Source: Microcoleus sp. (GTDB lineage Bacteria; Cyanobacteriota; Cyanobacteriia; Cyanobacteriales; Microcoleaceae). From it: DNA of 64,000 nt. The translations under genes and the position numbers were made by a program. The notes below the pieces were generated by a model, which made no database searches, had not been told where the DNA came from, and worked only from the letters and a program-made list of their open reading frames with translations. The stretch covers positions 1,472,001-1,536,000 of the forward strand of contig CP181291.1 in NCBI GenBank assembly GCA_052279835.1, written 5' to 3'. Of this stretch, positions 52,913-61,437 are shown one piece after another. Every line of letters begins with the position of its first letter. The first letter of the stretch is position 1.

Positions 52913-53155
52913 GTTGTTTGTTATTGGCTATTGGTTATTGGTTATTGGTTATTGGTTATTGGTTATTTGTGGTTGGTTATTTGTTATAATAACGAACAAC
53001 ACAAAAAAACAGCTACAACTAACAATAAACAACCCCTAGATAACCAATAACCAACAACCCTTCGACTACGATCAGGGCATCGCCAACAACAAATAACCAA
53101 CAACCAACAACCCATAACAAATAACAAATAACCAATAAAAAATAACTTATTTTAT

Positions 53156-53662
53156 ATGACGCAAATTCCTCATCCTGATTTATCTGAAATGACTGTGAAT
53201 TGTGCTGTTGTTACTGTTAGTGACACCCGCTCTGCTGAAACAGACCAGAGTGGTGTTTTAATTAAGAAGTTGCTGAAAGATGCTGGTCATTTTGTGGTAG
53301 CTTACACAGTTATTAAAGATGATTCGGCAAAAATTGTATTGCAAATTCAGGCTTTTTGCGATCGCGAAGATGTGGATGCGATAATTTTTAGTGGCGGTAC
53401 TGGTATTTCTCCGCGAGATACTACTTATGATGTGATGGAGAGTTTGTTGGACAGAATTTTACCGGGGTTTGGGGAGATTTTTCGGTTTTTGAGTTATCAA
53501 GAAATTGGTTCTAGGGCGATCGCCTCTCGTGCTGTAGCTGGCGTTTATAAAGGCAAGTTAGTGTTTTCTCTTCCCGGCTCTAGTAATGCAGTGAAACTGG
53601 CGGTTGAGAAGCTCATCCTACCAGAATTAGTTCATTTAGTCCAGCAGTTGCGGGGTGTCTGA
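53156..53662 (+). CDS. moaB: Molybdopterin adenylyltransferase MoaB/MogA
   Basis: VTVSDTR, GGTGISPRDTT, PGFGEIFR, SRAVAG, LPGS. Confidence 0.9.
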   Translation: MTQIPHPDLSEMTVNCAVVTVSDTRSAETDQSGVLIKKLLKDAGHFVVAYTVIKDDSAKIVLQIQAFCDREDVDAIIFSGGTGISPRDTTYDVMESLLDRILPGFGEIFRFLSYQEIGSRAIASRAVAGVYKGKLVFSLPGSSNAVKLAVEKLILPELVHLVQQLRGV

Positions 53663-53746
53663 GGGGTGAATATGCCACGACAAATCAGATAGCGCCAGCA
53701 TCTCCCTAACCTGCTACATATCTGACTAACTGAAAATTATTCAGAA

Positions 53747-54673
53747 TTAACCTTCTAGCCTTTGGCTCCTTAGCCTCCATTCTATCTCATTCATGAATGA
53801 GTTAATCAGACCTATTACTTCCTGACCTCCATCGTTAGGGAGTATTATTTGGTAATAACCAAGTATCCCCCCACCTCCATCGTTATCCAAGATTTGTTGG
53901 TAAGAACCAAGCATAAAGGGACGGCGGTTGGTAAACAACAGACGGATATTTCGGTAGTTATTACGTCGATAGCGGGACTCACCACCATAAATTCCAAATT
54001 TGTCAGAAAGTATTCCTAAATGCCCGTAAACCTGACTCTCGGCTCCTCTAAGTTGATTTAAAAGGGATAATTGCCTGCGAAATCTTCCTAAGTAAATAAC
54101 GGTAACAGTATTAGCTTTGACATCTAGTTCTAAGTAGGTAGACCCCTGGTAAAAAACGATGCTAATTCCTAGTATAAATAACAATAATCCCACAGGTAAA
54201 AGGAAGAACATAAAAAAATTGCTGGCACTCTCATAGGATGCGTAGATATCGAGCTTCCATATTTTATCGCCATTATTCAATTTAGCTAAACCCGCGTTAA
54301 TCGCTTGGATATTTTGAAGGTTGTTAGATGTCGGTTCCAGAACCATCCAAGGTTTTGAACTGGTGAGGACAATGGTTTCGCCGTTCGGTTTCTGAGAGGC
54401 GATCGCCTTTTTAGTATGGGGGATTTCAATAGTTTTGCCATTGATAAATCCCGGAATTACATACTTGCAATTTACAGCTTGCTGCTGTTTTTGACAGGTA
54501 AGAGTTCGAGGTAATCTAACTTCCCATATTATTGTAACACATAATAAATTAAAGCAAGTAACAAAGCCAAAGTACATCAACATAAATACCCAAAAATATA
54601 ATCCTGGAATTCGATGAATCACCAAAAGCTCGGGGTTGGGTTTGTGAGTAGTATATTTTGGTAAAATATTCAT
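53747..54673 (-). CDS. Hypothetical two-TM membrane protein
   Basis: 308-aa AT-rich ORF with TM-LTC..C-TM layout; short internal duplication near the C-terminus. Confidence 0.6.
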   Translation of the reverse strand: MNILPKYTTHKPNPELLVIHRIPGLYFWVFMLMYFGFVTCFNLLCVTIIWEVRLPRTLTCQKQQQAVNCKYVIPGFINGKTIEIPHTKKAIASQKPNGETIVLTSSKPWMVLEPTSNNLQNIQAINAGLAKLNNGDKIWKLDIYASYESASNFFMFFLLPVGLLLFILGISIVFYQGSTYLELDVKANTVTVIYLGRFRRQLSLLNQLRGAESQVYGHLGILSDKFGIYGGESRYRRNNYRNIRLLFTNRRPFMLGSYQQILDNDGGGGILGYYQIILPNDGGQEVIGLINSFMNEIEWRLRSQRLEG

Positions 54674-54762
54674 GATTTGAAATAAAACTGATCTGCTAGA
54701 AGAACCAGGGCGTTTGCTAACTTTCTGCTATTAAGTGTTTTTACTACAAACTTATTCCTGCG

Positions 54763-54847
54763 GTTTAACGACAAGCTCACCCGCCAGCGAAAGGCAAATG
54801 AGGAACGAATGGAGCTTTAGGCGGTGGGGTGCAGCGCCTTGTTCGGC
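54763..54847 (-). mobile_element. Integron attC site (85 bp)
   Basis: Minus strand: R'' GCCGAAC, AAGGC, L'' GCTGCACC ... L' GGTGAGC, TTGTC, R' GTTAAAC; L'' carries one extra base; 7 bp after the GNAT stop. Confidence 0.85.
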
Positions 54848-54854
54848 CGTCGTT

Positions 54855-55412
54855 TTACCCCTTTATATCCAGTTCGCTCGCTAATATGCCGTATCGTAAA
54901 TCGTCATGGAATTGTCCCCCTTTGCAAAAGTGTTCGCGCGAGCATCCCTCGTAACTCATGCCAATTTTTTGCATCACACGGCCTGAAGCAGGGTTACATT
55001 TAAGATGAGCAGCGTGAATACGATGGAGATTCAAGGATTTGAAACCATAGGATAGAACTGCTTTTGCTGCTTCGGTGCAGTAGCCTTGACCCCAGTAAGG
55101 CTCACCGATCCAATAACCAAGTTCGGCATTATTATTCCTATTGTCTATTCCGAGTCCGATTGCACCACATAAGAGCATTCCTTCTCGAATGACTATGGCA
55201 AAATCGACGACTTCTCCCTTTTCATGCTTTGCCCGTTGAGAAGAAATCCACTGTTGGGCCATGCCATCCTGATATGGGTGGGGCATATTGAGTGTCGTCG
55301 CAGCAACTTCATAGGCCCCTGCCAATCGCTGCACGATAGGAGCATCTTCTAAAGTAAATGGCCTTAAAATGAGCCGTTGCGTTTGTAAAGTAGGACATAT
55401 TTCCATACGCAA
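54855..55412 (-). CDS. GNAT (RimJ/RimL-type) acetyltransferase, integron cassette-borne
   Basis: LQTQRLILRPF, AELGYWIG..WGQGY.TEA, NPASGRVMQKIGM..EG. Confidence 0.92.
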   Translation of the reverse strand: MRMEICPTLQTQRLILRPFTLEDAPIVQRLAGAYEVAATTLNMPHPYQDGMAQQWISSQRAKHEKGEVVDFAIVIREGMLLCGAIGLGIDNRNNNAELGYWIGEPYWGQGYCTEAAKAVLSYGFKSLNLHRIHAAHLKCNPASGRVMQKIGMSYEGCSREHFCKGGQFHDDLRYGILASELDIKG

Positions 55413-55536
55413 AATCTTAATTCATGACGTGGCTGTATCCAATCAAGCTGCGCGCGACGGCAGAACTATTAATTGTACGGCTGTTGCGGTATAAGAGAGT
55501 TAAAAATTTTATTATACCGCACACATTTTTCAAACG

Positions 55537-56484
55537 TCAAACCTGACTATTTATTGCCTCAGCAACAATAGTCCGGTGTCTGGGAGTATTGCAAGTAATC
55601 GTCGGCGCTGCGAAACCAGAATCTACCAAAGCTTGCTCAATATCCAAGCCAAAATACTGATCCAAATAAGGCTCGGTACTCTTGAGCAAAGTCAAAATAT
55701 AAGGAGGCATTGTGGCATAAATTTCCGATTTGGGATTCATATCCATAATAGTCAAATGTCCGCCATCACGTAGCAAACGCCTCGCTTCTCGGAATATTTG
55801 CATCGTTGCCTTCTGCGGCAATTCGTGACAAACTAGAAAGATAGAAACTAAATCGAAAGCATTCCCAGGTAAACCTGTGGATTCAGCGGCAGCGTGTACC
55901 CAAGTCGGAGTTTTTTGGTTTGGTAATTCCGCTTTTTTTTGTTGGGAACGGTATTGAGCAACGGCTAAAAAATAAGGCGACAAATCCACACCGACAGTAT
56001 TTGCTTCTGGGTAAACATCCTGCATAGCAAAGGTACTCATGCCCACGCTGCATCCCAAATCTACAATATCTTGGGGTGTTTGGGAAATCTGAGATTGGAT
56101 AATTTCGTGATAACTTTCCCGGAGTTTAGCATCACCTTCAGCACCGGCTTCTGGCCAAATTCCGGCGTGAACTGCACGAGCGGCAACTTCGACTTCTGTG
56201 GCGGCTTCCCAACTCATATTGCCTTTTTCGTAGGCGTGAAATGAAGTTAGATAATATTTGGGGTAAACCAGATTGGGATTTTGGACGCTGAGCAATTCTG
56301 CATCCCAATTCCTAGCTAAAAGTGCTTGGGCATCTTGTCGCCAATGCACTCCTATTTTTTCGGCTCTTTTAATCATCATTTCTCGTGCTTGGTGTTTGGC
56401 GATATTCGCTAAAGGTTTGATGGAGAGTACGCCGTTTACTAAGCGCGATGCTAATCCTGGATTGGTTTTAACTTCAACAGTCAT
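55537..56484 (-). CDS. Class I SAM-dependent methyltransferase
   Basis: YPKYY..FHAYEKGN, VDLGCSVGMST, GVDLSPYFL, HELP, STEPYLDQY. Confidence 0.9.
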   Translation of the reverse strand: MTVEVKTNPGLASRLVNGVLSIKPLANIAKHQAREMMIKRAEKIGVHWRQDAQALLARNWDAELLSVQNPNLVYPKYYLTSFHAYEKGNMSWEAATEVEVAARAVHAGIWPEAGAEGDAKLRESYHEIIQSQISQTPQDIVDLGCSVGMSTFAMQDVYPEANTVGVDLSPYFLAVAQYRSQQKKAELPNQKTPTWVHAAAESTGLPGNAFDLVSIFLVCHELPQKATMQIFREARRLLRDGGHLTIMDMNPKSEIYATMPPYILTLLKSTEPYLDQYFGLDIEQALVDSGFAAPTITCNTPRHRTIVAEAINSQV

Positions 56485-56713
56485 TTTTTAGGTTTATCTT
56501 TTTTTGCGATTAATTTTAACATATATCGGCGATTTATGTGGGTATATATAATGAAACTTAACTTTGTGAGGGCGAGTGAAGTGTGAATATTTTGCACCAC
56601 AGAGGGCGCTCCAGAACGCAGAGGAGCCAGCCGAGTGAAAAATCTGGAATTGTATTTCCCGAAGTTGGAGTATTTGGAAGAACAGGTTTAAATATAGCTA
56701 TTCTGGAGTTTGT

Positions 56714-57617
56714 GATGAGCAAATCTATTGTGGAATTGGTTGACAATTTGCCTTCTGGTGGTATCACTGTGATGATGTTGAAGTCTCTCGATTTTGTGGT
56801 TCCTGGCCAATGGAATAATCTTACTGGTTTTGATAATACTATTCAAGCTGTTACGGGGGAAACTAAGGGCAAATTAGTTGAAAAAATTCGCGATCGCGCG
56901 ATCGCACTTTATGCAAATCCCAACGAACCCTATCAAGCCTCTCTCCGACTTTACCAGTTAGCCGACAGTGCCGACAGTGCGTTAGGAGTCACGGCTATGG
57001 CTAATAAAATTGGCGAAAACATCGGCTTTCTTTCTTTTATCAACCGCTTGACTCCCAAGGCTGACACCACTCAGACGATCGACTTATGTGTCAAAGTGGC
57101 GATCGAGCTAATTGTCTTCTGCAAACTTAACAATATTTCCCTTGACAATATGGGAGATTTTGGTAATTATTTATCTCATTACAAAGACGAAGCTCTGATG
57201 CGGATGGCTGCTTTAGTCTGTGCTGATGGTTTAATTCCCCTGGGCCCGGACTTCATTAGAGTAGCACAAAATACCCTAGTCGGGTTGAATCCTTCAACCT
57301 TGCAGCAAAACTCAACTTTCCAAAATATCAGCAACCTAATTCCCGGCGGTAGTGGTGCTGCAAAACTCGGATTTGTGAGCGCAACTTTTGCTTCCGCCCA
57401 AGGTTGGATGAACAATTTAGTACAGTCTCGTGGTTTAACTCCCGCTACTGTTTTGGGCAATCTCAAGCAATATGTTGATGTTACTGATGACAAGCTGGAT
57501 TATGTGGCGGCGTTTTTAGATATGACTACTAATTATTACGAACATACCGGAATTCAAACTGTTGCTCGCCGATTGATCGATCGAGCTTATGCCGATATCA
57601 CCTCTGGTAGAGTGTAG
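56714..57617 (+). CDS. Hypothetical protein
   Basis: Start MSKSIVELVD after GGAG; long helical ORF. Confidence 0.65.
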
Positions 57618-57717
57618 CAACTTGTTTTCAGGTGAGGCAAAGCAAGAGCGAGGCAGATCGCTCTTGCTTTGCCTTGTTTGAAGCCTGGATATCAATGTGA
57701 TGTAAAATAAACAGATT

Positions 57718-58749
57718 ATGTTTAGCAAATTACTTTTAATCCCTGGCGTGAAAAACAAATCACTTCCTTCATCAGTAACAGTCAAATTAGGCAAATTTGT
57801 CTGGACATCAATGTGGCAATTAATGATGTCAAAACTAGCGCCTCCGGATCGCACGGGAGCATACATTCGCCCTAGCAGCAGTTTCCGCAATTTTGTCTCG
57901 ACAGCAGCAGACAACCCTCACCAGCCCGCCACGGCACGATATCGCCTGTTTGTGGGTATGGGATGCCCGTGGGCGCACCGCACTCTGGTGACGAGAGCGC
58001 TCAAAGGGCTAGAAGATGCCATATCCGTGTCTGTTGTCTATCCCTCTGAAGGAGGACTTTGGGTGATGGAGTCGGAGATATTTGGCTGTAACACGATGCG
58101 GGAACTTTACCAGTTGGCTTTACCGGGCTATCAGGGGCGATGTACGGTGCCGGTGTTGTGGGATGATTCCAAAAAGGCGATCGTTAATAACGAGAGTTCG
58201 GAAATTATTGTGATGCTAAACTCGGAGTTTAATGAGTTTGCTAGCAATCAAATGGATCTTTATCCTGTGGATTTGCGATCGCAAATTGACGAGTGGAATG
58301 AGAAGATTTACCAATCGGTGAATAACGGTGTTTATCGCTGTGGTTTCGCCCAATCTCAAGCTGCTTATGACTCGGCTTGTAGTGAATTGTTTGCTGTTTT
58401 GGACGAGATCGATCGATCGCTCTTGATGAGTCGTTATCTTTGTGGCGATCGCGTGACATTAGCAGATGTGCGACTGTTTACTACTCTATTCCGTTTTGAT
58501 GCAGTTTACTACAGCTTGTTCAAATGCAATGTGCGCCGCATTCAGGATTACGAGCATTTGGGGGCTTATTTGCGCGATTTGTATCAGTTACCGGGAGTTG
58601 CGGGTACTTGCGATTTGGAGGCTGTCAAGCGCGATTATTACGGCAATTTGTTCCCGTTGAATCCGGGCTGCATTATCCCGGCTGGGCCCGATGTGGGGAG
58701 TTTGCTCAAATCGCACGATCGCGCGCGAATCGGAAACCGGGTTTCTTAG
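57718..58749 (+). CDS. Glutathionyl-hydroquinone reductase (GST Xi/ECM4-like)
   Basis: CPWAHR, TVPVLWD, IVNNESSEI, NNGVYRCGFA, RLFTTLFRFDAVY. Confidence 0.92.
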   Translation: MFSKLLLIPGVKNKSLPSSVTVKLGKFVWTSMWQLMMSKLAPPDRTGAYIRPSSSFRNFVSTAADNPHQPATARYRLFVGMGCPWAHRTLVTRALKGLEDAISVSVVYPSEGGLWVMESEIFGCNTMRELYQLALPGYQGRCTVPVLWDDSKKAIVNNESSEIIVMLNSEFNEFASNQMDLYPVDLRSQIDEWNEKIYQSVNNGVYRCGFAQSQAAYDSACSELFAVLDEIDRSLLMSRYLCGDRVTLADVRLFTTLFRFDAVYYSLFKCNVRRIQDYEHLGAYLRDLYQLPGVAGTCDLEAVKRDYYGNLFPLNPGCIIPAGPDVGSLLKSHDRARIGNRVS

Positions 58750-59010
58750 ATGGTTGGCAGGGCTCAGAAACCCGGTTTCTTCACAAAATCTCGTTAGGAT
58801 GCCAAAATTGTCGCAGAAACCCGGTTTCTTGGATTGTGCGTGTGGGACTCAGAAACCGGGTTTCTTCACTTAATCTTCGTGACGATGCCAAAATTGTCGC
58901 AGAAACCCGGTTTCTTGGATTGTGGATCGTGCGGGTATCAGAAACCGGGTTTCTTCACAAAATCTCGTTAGGATGCCAGAATTGTCGCAGAAACCCGGTT
59001 TCTTGGATTC
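58733..59010. repeat. Tandem array of AGAAACC(C)GG(G)TTTCT palindromic elements (three ~85-bp units)
   Basis: CAGAAACCCGGTTTCTTCACAAAATCTCGTTAGGATGCCAAAATTGTCG repeated; related copies at about 34045-34110, 60208-60272 and 61105-61150. Confidence 0.85.
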
Positions 59011-59035
59011 TGGGTGGCGTGGGGCGATCGCGATT

Positions 59036-59692
59036 TTATTCTTCAATTTCACTTGTTTGCTCGTTCACTTCTTCCTCTTTAACATCAAAATCAATTCGTT
59101 CGTAAATCTCGCTCAAAGGGATTTGAAATTCTACAGATTCTAGGCTTAATACAGATTCCTCTGAATCATATTCTGTTAATACCCATTTGCGATCGGAGTT
59201 TTTAGCAAATTGTTCGATATGATAACTATATTGGTCAATTAAAATGTATTCTCGAAATTCAGAAATTGAGCGATAGGCGAGAAATTTGCCACCGCGATCG
59301 TAGTCTTTGGTTGAATTGGACAAAACCTCAACGATTACCAGAGGATTTGTGACAATTGTTTTGTTACTTCCTTGATATTGTGGTTCTCCTTGAATCACCA
59401 TGATATCGGGATAGACGTAACGGTGAGTTTGGGGTATCCACAGGCGCACGTCGCTAGTAAATAATCTGTAATCTTTGCCACGCAAGCCAAATTTCAAGTT
59501 AGCAATCAAATTAATGATGATGCTGTTGTGGTTGGTTGTTCCGCCTGTCATTGGTACTATCTCTCCATCGTGGTATTCACTTTTGTCGATCGCACTTTCT
59601 TCTAATGCGAGATATTCCTCTGGAGTGTAGTGGCGTTTTTCGGTTGGTGGTTGCTTGGCGATCGCTGTTTTTTCTTGGGTTTGCATTGTCAT
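59036..59692 (-). CDS. Uma2-family endonuclease-like protein
   Basis: YTPEEYL, EYHDGEIVPMTGG, YPDIMV, NPLVIVEVLS.ST..YDRG.KF..YR. Confidence 0.92.
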   Translation of the reverse strand: MTMQTQEKTAIAKQPPTEKRHYTPEEYLALEESAIDKSEYHDGEIVPMTGGTTNHNSIIINLIANLKFGLRGKDYRLFTSDVRLWIPQTHRYVYPDIMVIQGEPQYQGSNKTIVTNPLVIVEVLSNSTKDYDRGGKFLAYRSISEFREYILIDQYSYHIEQFAKNSDRKWVLTEYDSEESVLSLESVEFQIPLSEIYERIDFDVKEEEVNEQTSEIEE

Positions 59693-59776
59693 TCCCTTCT
59701 GCTTTGAAGTGATTTTATGATAACATAAAACAAGTTAGATTGAAGAGCGATAAACATACTCGATCGACACCAGATT

Positions 59777-60235
59777 ATGACTATCATTGAACAACTCTAC
59801 GCGATCGTTAAAACCCTTCCCCAAGAGCAAGCTAGCGAAATTCTTACTTTCGCTGAATTTATTCGTGCCAAGCACCTGAATGCTCAGGAGTCGATCGCGA
59901 TATTAGATACTTCGACTCCTTGGTTTGAGGTGATGGGATCTGCTTATCGATTGCGGTTGGGAGAAGAAATTGGTTCAGAAAATCTTTGTGGGTGGCTGAA
60001 AGTATTTGATAAGGACGAACTTAGCGAACTGATCGCAGAAATAGAGCAAGATTACCGTCTTGTGGAGTCGGAACCTGCGGCTTGGGATCGGATTGAGGCA
60101 ACGATTTATGAATGGCATGAAAGCGCGATCGCACTTTCTAGTCCTGAACTCGCGGCAGCTTTTAGCGATGACATTGACGAGGTGTTTTTGCCGAGCGCGT
60201 CAGACTTAAAAACCGGGTTTCTTTGTAACTTCTGA
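59777..60235 (+). CDS. DUF2281-like antitoxin-type protein with extra C-terminal domain
   Basis: VKTLPQEQASEILTFAEFI N-terminus; EWHESAIA C-terminal motif. Confidence 0.55.
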   Translation: MTIIEQLYAIVKTLPQEQASEILTFAEFIRAKHLNAQESIAILDTSTPWFEVMGSAYRLRLGEEIGSENLCGWLKVFDKDELSELIAEIEQDYRLVESEPAAWDRIEATIYEWHESAIALSSPELAAAFSDDIDEVFLPSASDLKTGFLCNF

Positions 60236-60292
60236 TGAAATGCAAAAATTGTCGTTCCAAACCCGGTTTCTCCGATGGTATATCGATCGCAC

Positions 60293-60661
60293 TCAAGCAA
60301 TTTTTTCGGTTTCTGCTACACCGCTATTCAACAAAATTGGGTCAATCTCCTGGCTGTTACTGCGGTTGCGAAATTGCTCTAAAAGTCGGAAGAAAGAGGC
60401 AAAAGCAGCTTTTCCGTCAGCGCACTTGAAGAGGATAATTGTGTCCCAGGAGTTAGCAGTTTGAATGGAAAAGTGGATTTGCAACCAGGGTTGAAATTCT
60501 TGGTAAAAATCTAATTCTTCCTCTGTTGGCATAATTCCCATTTCCTGGCGAGCAAATTTGTACCCGACTAGGAATTGTCGCAGCGCGGTAACTGAAGCCG
60601 TACCAATATAGAGTCCGGGTTTCTGTTCTATTTTTTTGAGGAGTTCAAAAAGGTTACTCAT
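60293..60661 (-). CDS. Putative immunity protein
   Basis: LLKKIEQKPGLYIG..L..FLVGY..EFQPWL..SW..IIL..AF..FF.LLEQF; 12 bp downstream of the toxin-like gene. Confidence 0.55.
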   Translation of the reverse strand: MSNLFELLKKIEQKPGLYIGTASVTALRQFLVGYKFARQEMGIMPTEEELDFYQEFQPWLQIHFSIQTANSWDTIILFKCADGKAAFASFFRLLEQFRNRSNSQEIDPILLNSGVAETEKIA

Positions 60662-60673
60662 TTTCAGATACTT

Positions 60674-61030
60674 TTACAAATTTTCTAATTCTGTCATAAC
60701 AAATTGATCGCTATGACAATGAAAGTCTTTTAACCAATCCTCTTGGGATAATCCTTGTGAAGAAAGGTTATCGAAGACTTTTCCCCTAACTTCTACAGCA
60801 AAGTGTTGACCGTTGACTGTGATGGAGTCGTAAATCTCCTGTTCTCCGAGGCGATCGCTGAGAATATAGTCTTCACCATATCGTGTCCTCAGTCTGAAAA
60901 TCTTTCCCTCAATTCCTTGCTGGCGCAACCACCCGATTACGGCTCTAGCACAGTCAGCACATTCGAGAATGTCAAATTGAGACGTGATTTGCCCAACTTC
61001 CCGATAAACTTCCTCGTCAGTCCAGTCACT
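60674..61030 (-). CDS. Papain-fold toxin (Tox-PL-2-like); no canonical start upstream of the Cys motif
   Basis: Frame stays open to 61060: SDWTDEEVYREVG..LECADCARAV..LRQQGIEG..SITVNGQHFAVEV..VFDN. Confidence 0.65.
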   Translation of the reverse strand, partial: SDWTDEEVYREVGQITSQFDILECADCARAVIGWLRQQGIEGKIFRLRTRYGEDYILSDRLGEQEIYDSITVNGQHFAVEVRGKVFDNLSSQGLSQEDWLKDFHCHSDQFVMTELENL

Positions 61031-61437
61031 GGGATGTTTGATGCTGATAGAACCTTCTTTTCAAAGGCTTAATTCAATCGTAATTATAGCAGCCAGATTT
61101 TCCATAGGATGCCAAAATTATCGCAGAAACTAGGTTTCTCACCAAAATCTCGGTGACGATAGCTCGTTCCCAGGGGGCGGGCACGGGGCACCGCCCCTAC
61201 AAGTCTCCTAGTTCCCCGGCTCTGCCTGGGAACTCAGATGCTTTGGCTCTGCCTCGCCAAAACCCACTAACAAACTCTCGATTCCCTCGTTTACTTAAAC
61301 CTCACCATCGCCAAAATATTCGTGTTATTTTGTAGTGAGATTAAGGAATATTCAAAATCAAATCAAGTCTGGCGATCGCCCTTTCATCTCAAAGGTAGAT
61401 CGAACTTATATACAAAAATCAAAACAAGGAATTGGCA

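Noticed and set aside
53660..53746. Second attC after the 308-aa hypothetical gene
   Set aside because: No RYYYAAC..GTTRRRY frame with paired L boxes on the relevant strand
58733..59010. Possible second CRISPR array
   Set aside because: Intervening segments are repeated rather than unique, and the palindrome family is dispersed through the window
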